NCBI GenBank assembly: GCA_964591485.1
Contig: CAZQDE010000005.1
Location: forward strand, 6,625 to 70,624
Direction: 5' to 3'
Length of the DNA: 64,000 nucleotides
DNA from: an uncultured Anaerolineaceae bacterium
GTDB lineage: Bacteria > Chloroflexota > Anaerolineae > Anaerolineales > E44-bin32
This document shows positions 18,915 through 28,868 of the stretch, one piece after another (position 1 is the stretch's first letter; each line of letters begins with the position of its first letter). Both the position numbers and the translations under genes were made by a program. The notes beneath the pieces are model-generated. The model saw only the letters and a list, made by a program, of their open reading frames with translations, made no database searches and had not been told where the DNA came from.

Positions 18915-20366
18915 CTAGGGCAAGATCCCCCATAGGGCCGTTTCCCCGACAAGCGCCAGCAGAGGGCCCGGCACGAGGCCAAAGATGAAGGTCGCAAGCG
19001 CGGCCACCCATACTGTGGCGTTCAACCAGATCTCCGATCGCGTCTCTGGCTCACCGGGCCGCATATACATCACCACCACAACGCGCAGATAGTAATAGGC
19101 CGAGATGAGCGAAGTGATCACGCCGACAAGTGCCAGCCAGATGAAGTCGGCCTCGATCACTGCGCGGAAGAGGTAGAACTTGCCCACAAAGCCAATGGTG
19201 GGCGGCACGCCGGTCAGGGAAAGCATGAAGAGGACCATGGCCAATGCCAGCCATGGCCGCCGGGCGCCCAGGCCGGCATAATCCTCGATCTCCAGCCCCT
19301 GCCCTTCGGCCTTCTCCATCGCCAACACCACACTCCAGGCGCCTAGATTGGTTGCGGCGTAGGCCAGCAGATAGAAGAGCGCCGCGCGAACCGCCTCCGG
19401 TGCGACAACCGGATTCGCCGCCGCGGGCAAGGCCATCAGGATATAGCCGGCATGAGCGATGCTGGAATAGGCCAGCATGCGTTTGATATTCGTCTGCGCG
19501 ATGGCGGCGATATTCCCCCAAGCCATAGTTAGCGCAGCCATCCACATAGTCAAGGGACCCCATGCAACCGCCGCAGCCGGAAAGGCTGCCAGGAAAACGC
19601 GCAGCAATGCCGCAAATCCGCCCGCTTTGGCCCCCACCGCCATGAACGAAGTCACTGAGGAAGGTGCCCCTTGATAGACATCCGGGGTCCACATATGAAA
19701 AGGCACCGCTGCGACCTTGAAGCCAAGACCCACCAGGATCATGGCTCCGCCCACGAGCAGAAGCATGGGCACAGCGGGCATTCCACCTACGCTCTCCATC
19801 ACGCCCTGGATTGAGGCCGTCCCTGTCGTGCCAAAGATGAGCGCGATCCCATAAACCATGAAGCCAGAGGCGAAGGCCCCCAGAAGGAAGTACTTGATGG
19901 CCGATTCTTCGGATTGTGGCTCGGGTCGGGCGAAGCCAGCCATCACATAGAGCGGAATGGACAGAAGCTCCAGCGCCGCGAAGACGACAATCAGGTCTCC
20001 GGCCATCGCCATCAGCATCATGCCGCAGATGCTGAACAGCATTAGCGTGTAATACTCGCCGCGCTCGATCCCCCTCCGGCGCAAGTAGTCGTAAGCCTGG
20101 CCGATCGCCATGATTCCCAACAGCAAGAAGAGCAGGCCCAGGAAATGGCTGAAGCCATCTACGACAATCGTGCCGCCCAGGAAAGTCCCGGTTGTGCCCC
20201 ACTTCCAAACCGTCGCAATCAGGCTCAGCAGCAGGCCACCGGCCGCCAGTGCCGCCGTGATGCCCTTCCGCCCTCTTGGGATGAAAAGGTCCACGATGAG
20301 CAACACGACCGCCCAGGAGGCGAGGATCAGCAATGGCAGGATGTTGAGGAGCTCTTCAGCACGCAT
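18915..20366 (-). CDS. nuoN: NADH-quinone oxidoreductase subunit N
   Basis: Polytopic antiporter-like subunit with WTPDVYQGAPSSVTSFMAVGAKAGG. It is the last gene of the nuo cluster. Confidence 0.93.
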   Translation of the reverse strand: MRAEELLNILPLLILASWAVVLLIVDLFIPRGRKGITAALAAGGLLLSLIATVWKWGTTGTFLGGTIVVDGFSHFLGLLFLLLGIMAIGQAYDYLRRRGIERGEYYTLMLFSICGMMLMAMAGDLIVVFAALELLSIPLYVMAGFARPEPQSEESAIKYFLLGAFASGFMVYGIALIFGTTGTASIQGVMESVGGMPAVPMLLLVGGAMILVGLGFKVAAVPFHMWTPDVYQGAPSSVTSFMAVGAKAGGFAALLRVFLAAFPAAAVAWGPLTMWMAALTMAWGNIAAIAQTNIKRMLAYSSIAHAGYILMALPAAANPVVAPEAVRAALFYLLAYAATNLGAWSVVLAMEKAEGQGLEIEDYAGLGARRPWLALAMVLFMLSLTGVPPTIGFVGKFYLFRAVIEADFIWLALVGVITSLISAYYYLRVVVVMYMRPGEPETRSEIWLNATVWVAALATFIFGLVPGPLLALVGETALWGILP

Positions 20367-20370
20367 GGCT

Positions 20371-21879
20371 CTACCGCATCACGATGGCCGACGACCCCAG
20401 CACCGAGAGCAGCTTATCCACCGACGGTGCCATCAGGCCGAAGAAGGGTTTCGGATATAAACCGATCCAGAAGATGAAGATTACCAGTGGAATGAGGGTG
20501 ATCACTTCTCGCCAATTGAGATCCTTCAAAGAGCGGTTCTCTTCCTTGTCGAGCGGGCCAAGGAAGAGCTTCTGGAACATGAAGAGCATGTAGATTGCGG
20601 CCAGGATCACGCCCGCAGCCGCGAAGCCGGCGTAGAGACGCGAGCCCAGCGCGCCAGAGCCGAAAGCCCCCAGCAGAATCGTGAACTCGCCGACAAATCC
20701 GTTCAGGCCGGGCAGACCCATGGAGGAGAGCGTCACGATGAGCGTCAGCGCACCGTAGATGGGCATGATCTTCCACAAGCCGCCGAAGGCATCCATCTCT
20801 CGGGTATGCCGGCGCTCATAGATCATGCCCACGATGATAAATAAGGCACCCGTGCTCAGGCCATGGTTGATCATTTGCAGCAACCCGCCCTGAATACCCT
20901 GGGGGTTGAGCGCAAAGAGGCCTAGCACCACGAATCCCAAGTGGCTCACCGAGGAATAGGCCACCAGCTTCTTCACATCTTTCTGGGCGTAGGAAACCGC
21001 CGCGCCGTACAGGATGCCAATGACCGCCAAGGTCGCCATGAAGGGAGCCATGCGGACCGCCGCATCCGGAAAGAGCGGGATGTTGAAGCGCATCAGGCCG
21101 TAGGTGCCCATCTTCAGCAGCACGCCCGCCAGGATGACCGAGCCGGCGGTAGGCGCCTCGACGTGTGCGTCCGGGAGCCAGGAATGCAGTGGCCACATCG
21201 GAACCTTGATGGCGAAGGCCGCCGCAAACGCCAGGAAGAGCCAGGTCTGGATATTGGGCGGGATCGAGGCCATGGCGATCAGATCGGGGACGGAAAACGA
21301 TTCGAACCGCAGGCCCAGCCAAAGGATCGCCAGCAACATGAGGATCGACCCGGCCATGGTGTATAGGAAGAACTTAATCGCGGCGTAAACCCGGCGGGGC
21401 CCACCCCATATGCCGATCAGGAAGTACATCGGCACAAGCGTGAACTCCCAGAAGATGTAGAACAGGAACAGGTCCAGCGCCAGGAAGACGCCCACCATAC
21501 CCACTTCCAGGAGCAGGAAGAAGATCATGAACTCCTTCACCCGCTCCTCGATCGCGGTCCAGGTTGAGAGGATGGAGATAGGCGTCAGGAAGGTTGTCAA
21601 GAGCACCAGTAGCACGCTGAGCCCATCGACGCCCAGGAAGTATTCGATCTCGACCCCGGCTAACTGGAACCAGGGACGCCGCTCGACCAACTGCATGGAA
21701 GCCTTGGCGCCCTCAAACTGCGCCAGCATCACCAAGGAGAGGGCGAAGGTGAGCGTCGAAGCCGCCAGCGCCGCCCAGCGGATGGCGTTGTGGCGGTCTT
21801 TGGGTATCAACAGGATCACCAAGACGCCCAGCAGCGGAGCGAAGGTCACCCAGGTGAGCAGCGTATTGGAAAAGTCCAT
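20371..21879 (-). CDS. nuoM: NADH-quinone oxidoreductase subunit M
   Basis: Antiporter-like subunit with WLPDAHVEAPTAGSVILAGVLLKMGTYG. Length 502 aa. Confidence 0.95.
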   Translation of the reverse strand: MDFSNTLLTWVTFAPLLGVLVILLIPKDRHNAIRWAALAASTLTFALSLVMLAQFEGAKASMQLVERRPWFQLAGVEIEYFLGVDGLSVLLVLLTTFLTPISILSTWTAIEERVKEFMIFFLLLEVGMVGVFLALDLFLFYIFWEFTLVPMYFLIGIWGGPRRVYAAIKFFLYTMAGSILMLLAILWLGLRFESFSVPDLIAMASIPPNIQTWLFLAFAAAFAIKVPMWPLHSWLPDAHVEAPTAGSVILAGVLLKMGTYGLMRFNIPLFPDAAVRMAPFMATLAVIGILYGAAVSYAQKDVKKLVAYSSVSHLGFVVLGLFALNPQGIQGGLLQMINHGLSTGALFIIVGMIYERRHTREMDAFGGLWKIMPIYGALTLIVTLSSMGLPGLNGFVGEFTILLGAFGSGALGSRLYAGFAAAGVILAAIYMLFMFQKLFLGPLDKEENRSLKDLNWREVITLIPLVIFIFWIGLYPKPFFGLMAPSVDKLLSVLGSSAIVMR

Positions 21880-21898
21880 GGATCTGTCCTCTGCCTAT

Positions 21899-23968
21899 CT
21901 ATCCGAAGATGAAGTAGCTCAGGGCCAGCAGCCCTCCAACGAGCACCGCCAGAGCATAGTTGCGCACATACCCGGTCTGCAAGACCCGCAAACGGGCGGA
22001 GGCTCCTTGCGTCAGTGTCCCCAAGCCATTAGCAATGGCATCGATGACTTGCAGATCGAAGGGACCCGCCAGCCAATGCGTGAATATCTTGAAAGCCCGG
22101 CCGAGAACGCTGTCGTGGAACCAGTCATGCCAGAAGCGCCAATCGATCACTTCCGCCAGGAAATGCGCCAGCCGGACGTAGGGCTGGATGAATAGAAAGC
22201 CGTAAAGCTCGTCCACCCACCACTTGTTCTCCATGCCCACGAAGATGGGGCCCAGAATGCGCCGCAAGGGGTCCGGCTGGCCCTTGGCAAGCGGCTTGCG
22301 TCCGTAGAGTTGCCAGGCAGCCAGGATCGCCAGTAGAGCGAAGATCACCGAGAGGAGAGCAACCTGGAGGTTGAACTCCGATGCGTGCACATGGATGGTG
22401 TGCTCAAGCCAATGCGTGAGGGTGTGGACCCCCGGCAGGTTGAGGGCACCACCCACGATAGAAAGCCCTGCAAGCACGATGAGGGGCACGGTCATCACCG
22501 GGGGGTTCTCACGGGCGTGCGCGGCGGCATCGCTGCGCGCCTTGCCGAAGAACACCATCAGGATCTGGCGGCCCATATAGAAAGCTGTGAACAGCGCCGC
22601 GACCGCCAGCAGGATGTATACCGCCGTGCTTTCTGCACTGGCATCCGCCAAGATCTCATCCTTCGAGAAAAACCCCGCCAAGGGCGGAATGCCCGCCAGC
22701 GCAAGCGCCCCGGTGAGATACACCCAAAAGGTGACTTTCATCCGCGTGCGCAGCCCACCCATATTGCGCATGTCATTGGGGTCGAAGTGCTCACCCTCCT
22801 CTTCGCCATGGGCGGCGTGATGATGGCCGTGCTCCACCCCCTGGATCACCGAGCCGGCCGAGAGGAACAGCAGCGCCTTGAAGAATGCATGCGTTACGAG
22901 GTGGAACATGCCCGCCACGTAAGCTCCAAGGCCCACCGCCGCCATCATGAAACCCAGCTGGCTGATCGTGGAATAGGCCAGCACGCGCTTGATGTCATAT
23001 TGCCCGACAGCGATGCTCGCCGCGAAGAGCGCCGTGGCAGCGCCGATAAGCGCCGCCAACTCGGATGAGAAGGCCGCCGCCTCGAAGAGCGGGCCACTGC
23101 GGGCGATCATGTAGATTCCAGCGGTCACCATCGTGGCGGCATGAATCAGCGCCGAGACCGGTGTCGGGCCGGCCATGGCATCCGGCAGCCATACATAGAG
23201 TGGCAATTGGGCGGACTTGCCGGTTGCGCCCAGCAGCAGGAAGAGCGTGATAGCCGTTACCACCCCGGCGCTCGCCAGCCCGTGTCCCTCCACCCAGTGG
23301 AAGACCTGGTCGAATTGCAGGCTCCCAGCCGTGCCGAAGATGAGGAACATGGCGATCAGGAAGCCGAAATCGCCGATCCGGTTGGTGATGAAGGCCTTCT
23401 TCCCCGCCAGGGCGTTGCCGATGCCGCCCTCGCCCTTCTCGTACCAGAAGCCAATCAGCAGGTAGGAGCAGAGCCCCACGCCCTCCCAGCCCACGAACAT
23501 CATCAGGTAATTGTCGGCCGTGACGAGGATCATCATCGCGGCCACAAACAGGTTGAAGAAGACGAAGAAGCGCGTATAGCGGCCGGGATCACCCTGGAAA
23601 CGCACGTCCTCATGCATATAGCCCACGGCGTATATGTGGATCAACGTGCTCACGCCGGTGACCATCAGCATCATCGTGGCAGAAAGCGTATCGATCTTCA
23701 GCGCCCAAGGTGCCGAGAGCGTGCCGATCGTGATCCAGTCTGCGACATGGACCGTGGCGCCTTCAGGATGCCCTTGCAGGGCCAGGAATTGGAGCACTGC
23801 AATGACGAAGGCCGATGCAACGGCGCTGCAAGCCACTATCGAGACGAATCGCTCCCCCATCCTGCGGCCGAAGAGCAGGTTCAGGATCAGGCCAATAACC
23901 GGCAGCACGACGATCCAGGGGGCGTACAGGAACAGGCCTTCCGCCTGCGCCGCTTCACTCCACAGCAT
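21899..23968 (-). CDS. nuoL: NADH-quinone oxidoreductase subunit L
   Basis: 689 aa with WLPDAMAGPTPVSALIHAATMVTAG and the long C-terminal extension typical of NuoL. Confidence 0.95.
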   Translation of the reverse strand: MLWSEAAQAEGLFLYAPWIVVLPVIGLILNLLFGRRMGERFVSIVACSAVASAFVIAVLQFLALQGHPEGATVHVADWITIGTLSAPWALKIDTLSATMMLMVTGVSTLIHIYAVGYMHEDVRFQGDPGRYTRFFVFFNLFVAAMMILVTADNYLMMFVGWEGVGLCSYLLIGFWYEKGEGGIGNALAGKKAFITNRIGDFGFLIAMFLIFGTAGSLQFDQVFHWVEGHGLASAGVVTAITLFLLLGATGKSAQLPLYVWLPDAMAGPTPVSALIHAATMVTAGIYMIARSGPLFEAAAFSSELAALIGAATALFAASIAVGQYDIKRVLAYSTISQLGFMMAAVGLGAYVAGMFHLVTHAFFKALLFLSAGSVIQGVEHGHHHAAHGEEEGEHFDPNDMRNMGGLRTRMKVTFWVYLTGALALAGIPPLAGFFSKDEILADASAESTAVYILLAVAALFTAFYMGRQILMVFFGKARSDAAAHARENPPVMTVPLIVLAGLSIVGGALNLPGVHTLTHWLEHTIHVHASEFNLQVALLSVIFALLAILAAWQLYGRKPLAKGQPDPLRRILGPIFVGMENKWWVDELYGFLFIQPYVRLAHFLAEVIDWRFWHDWFHDSVLGRAFKIFTHWLAGPFDLQVIDAIANGLGTLTQGASARLRVLQTGYVRNYALAVLVGGLLALSYFIFG

Positions 23969-23988
23969 CCCTTGCCTCCACAGCAGTC

Positions 23989-24306
23989 CTAACCACGCAG
24001 GCTGCTCACTTCATCCACATCGATGGTCCCCTTCGTGCGGAAGATGGCCACGATCAGGGCCAACCCCACGGCCACCTCCGCCGCTGCCACTGCAATCACG
24101 AAGAAGACGAAAACATGTCCACGCAGGGCTTCCACGGCCGGCGCCATCGCACGCGCCGCGCCGATGAGCGCCAAATTGGCCGAGTTGAGCATCAGCTCAA
24201 TCGACATGAAGATCACGATGGCGTTCCGCCGGATCATGACGCCCAGGACGCCCATGGCGAAGAGAATCCCTGAAAGCGCAAGAACATAGGCGGGCGGTAT
24301 GTTCAT
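23989..24306 (-). CDS. nuoK: NADH-quinone oxidoreductase subunit K
   Basis: 105-aa three-helix protein with [19 protein letters not shown]. It overlaps the nuoJ stop by 4 nt. Confidence 0.93.
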   Translation of the reverse strand: MNIPPAYVLALSGILFAMGVLGVMIRRNAIVIFMSIELMLNSANLALIGAARAMAPAVEALRGHVFVFFVIAVAAAEVAVGLALIVAIFRTKGTIDVDEVSSLRG

Positions 24307-24821
24307 GATTGGCTCCTGCGCTGCACGCGTGTGATCACGATGGCCCCTACCATCGCCACTAGCAGCAAGATCGAAATCACTTCGAACGGCACGAGATATT
24401 CGCTGAAGAGCACCCGTCCTACGGAGGCCGGGCTCCCGAACTGAGGGCCTGCCGCCAGCATTTCAGTCCCCATCTGAGCCGCTGGACCCAGAAGGATGAA
24501 GAGAATCTCGCCCGCCAACGCCGCCACAAGCAGCACAGCCAGCGCCGGCTGCCAGCGTTGGGGGCCGCCGATCACCTCACGTCCAGTACCCAGGAGCATG
24601 ATGACGAACAGGAAGAGCACCATGATCGCCCCGGCGTACACGGTGACCTGCACCATGGCAATGAAGGCTGCATTGAGCAGCAGATAGAGCATCGCCACAG
24701 TGAGAAAGTTGAGCACAAGGAAAAGCGCCGAGTACACTGCATCGCGACTGGCAAGCATACCTGCCGCCGCGAGAACGGCGATCAAGGCCAGGCCCAGAAA
24801 CAGAAGCAAATCAAGCGTCAT
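24303..24821 (-). CDS. nuoJ: NADH-quinone oxidoreductase subunit J
   Basis: 172-aa hydrophobic protein lying between nuoI and nuoK, with [48 protein letters not shown]. Confidence 0.9.
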   Translation of the reverse strand: MTLDLLLFLGLALIAVLAAAGMLASRDAVYSALFLVLNFLTVAMLYLLLNAAFIAMVQVTVYAGAIMVLFLFVIMLLGTGREVIGGPQRWQPALAVLLVAALAGEILFILLGPAAQMGTEMLAAGPQFGSPASVGRVLFSEYLVPFEVISILLLVAMVGAIVITRVQRRSQS

Positions 24822-24838
24822 CCAGCAGTCCTCAACTC

Positions 24839-25342
24839 TTAGGCGGGATCCTTCATGTCCGGTATGGCGCGCTCATAGGATCCCGCGGGCACTTTCTGCG
24901 GCGTGGGTTTGCCCCCAGGGGGAACTGGCACCAAGAGCAAGTCCTTGGTGTAGATTGCCTCCCGGCGGCTTGTGAAGGAAAGCTCGTAATGATGCTCGAG
25001 CACGATGGCACCTGTCGGGCAGGCGTCCTGGCAATAACCGCAGAAGATGCAGCGGAGCATGTTGATCTCGTAGGTGCTGGCATAGCGCTCACCAGGCGAG
25101 TAGCGGGCCTCGTCCGTGTTTTCAGATGCCTCCACGAAGATGGCATCCGCCGGACATGCCGCCGCGCACAGCGCGCAGCCGATGCACTTTTCGAGGCCAT
25201 TTTCATAGCGCTTCAGCTCATGCCGGCCCTTGAAGCGCGGCCGCACCGGCCGTTTGACCTCCGGATACTGGTAGGTGACCGGAGGCTCGAACATGCTCTT
25301 GAAAGTCGTCCATAGACCTCGCAGCACTTCCAAAGGGTTCAT
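24839..25342 (-). CDS. nuoI: NADH-quinone oxidoreductase subunit I (2x[4Fe-4S] ferredoxin-type)
   Basis: CIGCALCAAACP and CIFCGYCQDACP cluster motifs. I chose the ATG at 25342 (MNPLEVLRGLW), which forms an ATGA overlap with the nuoH stop. The track start at 25534 would overlap nuoH extensively. Confidence 0.93.
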   Translation of the reverse strand: MNPLEVLRGLWTTFKSMFEPPVTYQYPEVKRPVRPRFKGRHELKRYENGLEKCIGCALCAAACPADAIFVEASENTDEARYSPGERYASTYEINMLRCIFCGYCQDACPTGAIVLEHHYELSFTSRREAIYTKDLLLVPVPPGGKPTPQKVPAGSYERAIPDMKDPA

Positions 25343-26352
25343 GCCCAACCTCCTACCAACACCATCGCAGCTCCCGTGACCATCACGTTCACCAATGCAA
25401 GAGGGAGCATGATTTTCCAGCCGAAGGCCATCAACCGGTCGTAGCGGAAACGCGGCAGCGTGGCCCTCAACCAGATCATGACGAAGAGCAGAACCACAAC
25501 CTTGATGAGAAGATAGATCGGGCCGAGCCACCATAAGCGGTCCACAAACGGGCCCAGATAACCTCCAAGGAAGAGGGTGGCGGCGACGAAGCTCACCGCA
25601 ATCATCTTGCCGTACTCAGCCATGAAGAAGAGGGCGAACTTCATGCCGGAATACTCCACATGGTAACCGGCTGTGAGCTCCTGCTCCGCCTCGGGCATGT
25701 CGAATGGGGCGCGATTCACCTCGGCGATCGAGGCCAGCAGGAACAGCAAGAAGCCAACGGGCTGAAGGACGATATACCAAAGGCTCCGCTGGCCCTCGAT
25801 GATGGCATCGATGCTCATCGATTGCGCCAGCAGGATGGGGCCGATGAAGGCCAGGCCCAGCGTTAGCTCGTAGCTGATCATCTGTGCGGTGGAGCGAATC
25901 CCACCCATGAGGGCGTACTTATTTCCGGAAGCCCAGCCGGCGATCACGATGCCATAGACCGCAATCGAGGCCACGGCCATGATATAGAGCACCCCGACGT
26001 TGACATTCGAGGCCAATCCCATGGTGATCTCGCGGCCAAACAGCGTCACCGTCGGACCCCAGGGGATCACCGCCAGCAGAATCAACGCCGGCACGACCGT
26101 GATCACAGGTGCCAGAATAAATAGCAGCCTATCCGCCCGCTCAGGGATGAGCTCCTCCTTGAAGATGAGCTTGATCCCATCCGCAACCGGCTGCAGCAAC
26201 CCCCAGGGGCCTGCCCGATTGGGACCGATGCGGACCTGGATGCGGGCGAGCGTCCTGCGTTCCAAGAGCGTCAGGTAGGCAAAGCCCCCCAGGATGATCA
26301 GGATGATGATGATGGACTCGATCGCCCACTCAAGCAGCAATGCTGGGGTCAT
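25339..26352 (-). CDS. nuoH: NADH-quinone oxidoreductase subunit H
   Basis: RRTLARIQVRIGPNRAGPWGLLQPVADGIKL and PFDMPEAEQELTAGYHVEYSG are NuoH/ND1 signatures. Confidence 0.95.
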   Translation of the reverse strand: MTPALLLEWAIESIIIILIILGGFAYLTLLERRTLARIQVRIGPNRAGPWGLLQPVADGIKLIFKEELIPERADRLLFILAPVITVVPALILLAVIPWGPTVTLFGREITMGLASNVNVGVLYIMAVASIAVYGIVIAGWASGNKYALMGGIRSTAQMISYELTLGLAFIGPILLAQSMSIDAIIEGQRSLWYIVLQPVGFLLFLLASIAEVNRAPFDMPEAEQELTAGYHVEYSGMKFALFFMAEYGKMIAVSFVAATLFLGGYLGPFVDRLWWLGPIYLLIKVVVLLFVMIWLRATLPRFRYDRLMAFGWKIMLPLALVNVMVTGAAMVLVGGWA

Positions 26353-26363
26353 TCCATCCCTCT

Positions 26364-28868
26364 TCAGCTAACCTTGCGCACATCCACCGCCGCGGGTGTG
26401 TGCGCCGGGAAACCCAGGCTTCGCGGCAGCAATACAGCCCCACGCGGCACTCCTTCCTCGGCCAGAGCCGGTAGCCGGTGCGTATGCCCATTCCACCGGA
26501 GTTCGACCTCTGAACCCGGATCCAGGCCCAGCTGGCCTAGGTCTTCAGGGTTCATCCGCACCGCCTTCGCAGCCAATCTCGGCCGTAAGACATCCGAAGC
26601 GCTGACTGTCCGGCCATGATCGTAGAGAACCGTGATAGGCACGAGCAGCCACTCGCCGCTGATTGGCGTCCCTGGCTCGAGCCACTCAATGGGCGTAAGC
26701 TGGCCAGCTTCCGCCGCGCAGCCTACCGATACTCCCAGGCCCTGACGGTTCTTGAAAGCGGTGCCGCCAAAATAGAGGTCCGCTCCCCCAACCGGCGGCC
26801 ATTGAGGTGCCGTTTGCGCCAGATCCTGATAGGTCAAGCCCTCATATCCCGGCGCCTGCCGGGCAAGGCTCATGAAGATTTCGGCGGCGTTCCTTGCTTC
26901 CATCGATACGCCAACTGCCGTCGCCAGGTCCGCGGTGATGGCCCAATCAGGCTTGGTTCTACCCATCGGAGAGATGGCAGGGAAGAAGCGCTGTACCCGC
27001 CTCTCGCCGGAGGTGAAGGTCCCATCTCTCTCCACGAAGGAGCTTGCCGGCAGAACCACATCCGCAAGTTCGGTGGTGGCGGTGTGGAATAGCTCCTGCA
27101 CAACGACGAAACCGGCCGATTCGATTGCCTTCACCAATTCGGGAGAATCGGCCGCAGGGTCAACGCCTGCCAGGTAGAGGGCCTTGGCCCCTTCCAGGGC
27201 CGACGGGAGCGAACCCTCTGCAGGGCGCAAGCCCATATCCCAGGCGCCCTGGGTGTTGGCCCGGGGCCAGACTGCGATCAGACCGCTATTGACCTTACCC
27301 GCATGCCCCGTCTCCTGCAAAATACGGGCGCAGGCGCGCGCCACGGCTGCGGAGGCCTCTCGGTCCAAGCCCTCGCCACCATAGAAGATGACCAGATGTT
27401 CGGCGTCTTTCAAAGCCTTGGCGGCGGGTTCGAACTCGGCCTTAGCGTAGGCCTGCAGTCCCTTTTCTCCGCTCACGCCCTGCAGCAAGCCCAACGCAGT
27501 TGCGGCGGCGCCGCCTATTTCATACTCAATGGTGTACTTGGCGTAGCTACTTAGCTGGGTGGAGCGAGCATTGAGCACCACTAGTGTGGCCCCTCGCTTG
27601 ATAGCCTGGATAACACGGAGCCACCATATCGGTGCCTCCTCGTATAATTCCGAGGCGATGACCACGATCATATCACCCTGCCCGAGCGAGCCCAGGTTTG
27701 AGCCTCTCGCCAAACCGACCTGCTGTACCAGGTCGCCACCGGCCATCTCCTCATAGAGATGGGCCTGCCCGCCCAGCTCCTCAACGAGGCGGCGGAAAGC
27801 TGCCAGGTCCTCATTCGAGAGCCTGCCACTGGCCACGCCGACCAGCCCTTCGGCGGCGCCCTTGAGCCCTTCGGCTGCCTTGGCTATGGCTTCCGGCCAA
27901 GTACTCTCGACCAGCGCACCGTCCCTGCGGACCAGCGGTGCCTGAAGCCGCTCCGGGCTGGTGGCGAAATGGTGCGCGAAGCGTCCCTTATCGCAAATCC
28001 AAATCTCATTCACCGCCTCGTTTTGGCGAGGCATCACCCGCTTGATGACCTCCCTGCCACCCGAGGCGGCCTCCCGGCGGGTGTTCAACATCAGATTGCA
28101 GCCCACCGGGCAGTGCGTGCATAAGGAGGCCGATGCGTTCAACTCCCAAGGCCGAGCCCCGAAGCGGAAATCGACGGTGGTTAAGGCCCCCACGGGGCAG
28201 ATGTCGGTGGTATTGCCGGAGAAGTAGGAATCGAAACCCGGGTCGGAATAGGTGACGACGTGCTGGTCGCGGCCGCGGGCTTCCATCCCAAGCACGGGCT
28301 GGTCCACCACTTTTTCCTGGAAGCGGACGCAGCGCCCGCAAAGGATGCAGCGTTCCTCGTCCAGGAAGATCAGATCGCCCAGCGGCACATGCTTCGGGAG
28401 GTGTTTCTTATCCTCATACTCGAAGCGACTCTTGCCGGGACCATGCTCCATGGCGAGATTCTGCAGCGAGCATTCGCCTCCCTTATCGCAGATGGGGCAA
28501 TCCAGCGGATGGGAGGTGAGCAGAAACTCGACGATCTCCCTCCGGGCTTCCACCGCCTTCTCACTCATCACGCGCACGACCATGCCCTCGCTCACAGGCA
28601 GGGTGCATGAGGTCTCGAGCTTGGGCCTGAACTCGATCACCGGTTCACCATTCTCGTCCCGCACGATCTCGCCTGTGGCACGGTCTCTCTTCGGCTCTCC
28701 CACCTCCACCAGGCACATACGGCACATCCCGGCCGGTTCGATCTTGGGGTGGTAGCAGAAAACTGGGATTTCGATCCCGACGTGCTTGGCGGCGTCTACC
28801 ACCAGTGTGCCCTCCGGCACGGTCACCTCTTTGCCATCTATGGTCAGCGTTACCAGCGCTTCGCTCAT
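26364..28868 (-). CDS. nuoG: NADH-quinone oxidoreductase subunit G (molybdopterin-fold, Fe-S)
   Basis: N-terminal 2Fe-2S and 4Fe-4S motifs: FCYHPKIEPAGMCRMCLVEV, HPLDCPICDKGGECSLQ and CILCGRCVRF. Length 834 aa. Confidence 0.95.
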   Translation of the reverse strand: MSEALVTLTIDGKEVTVPEGTLVVDAAKHVGIEIPVFCYHPKIEPAGMCRMCLVEVGEPKRDRATGEIVRDENGEPVIEFRPKLETSCTLPVSEGMVVRVMSEKAVEARREIVEFLLTSHPLDCPICDKGGECSLQNLAMEHGPGKSRFEYEDKKHLPKHVPLGDLIFLDEERCILCGRCVRFQEKVVDQPVLGMEARGRDQHVVTYSDPGFDSYFSGNTTDICPVGALTTVDFRFGARPWELNASASLCTHCPVGCNLMLNTRREAASGGREVIKRVMPRQNEAVNEIWICDKGRFAHHFATSPERLQAPLVRRDGALVESTWPEAIAKAAEGLKGAAEGLVGVASGRLSNEDLAAFRRLVEELGGQAHLYEEMAGGDLVQQVGLARGSNLGSLGQGDMIVVIASELYEEAPIWWLRVIQAIKRGATLVVLNARSTQLSSYAKYTIEYEIGGAAATALGLLQGVSGEKGLQAYAKAEFEPAAKALKDAEHLVIFYGGEGLDREASAAVARACARILQETGHAGKVNSGLIAVWPRANTQGAWDMGLRPAEGSLPSALEGAKALYLAGVDPAADSPELVKAIESAGFVVVQELFHTATTELADVVLPASSFVERDGTFTSGERRVQRFFPAISPMGRTKPDWAITADLATAVGVSMEARNAAEIFMSLARQAPGYEGLTYQDLAQTAPQWPPVGGADLYFGGTAFKNRQGLGVSVGCAAEAGQLTPIEWLEPGTPISGEWLLVPITVLYDHGRTVSASDVLRPRLAAKAVRMNPEDLGQLGLDPGSEVELRWNGHTHRLPALAEEGVPRGAVLLPRSLGFPAHTPAAVDVRKVS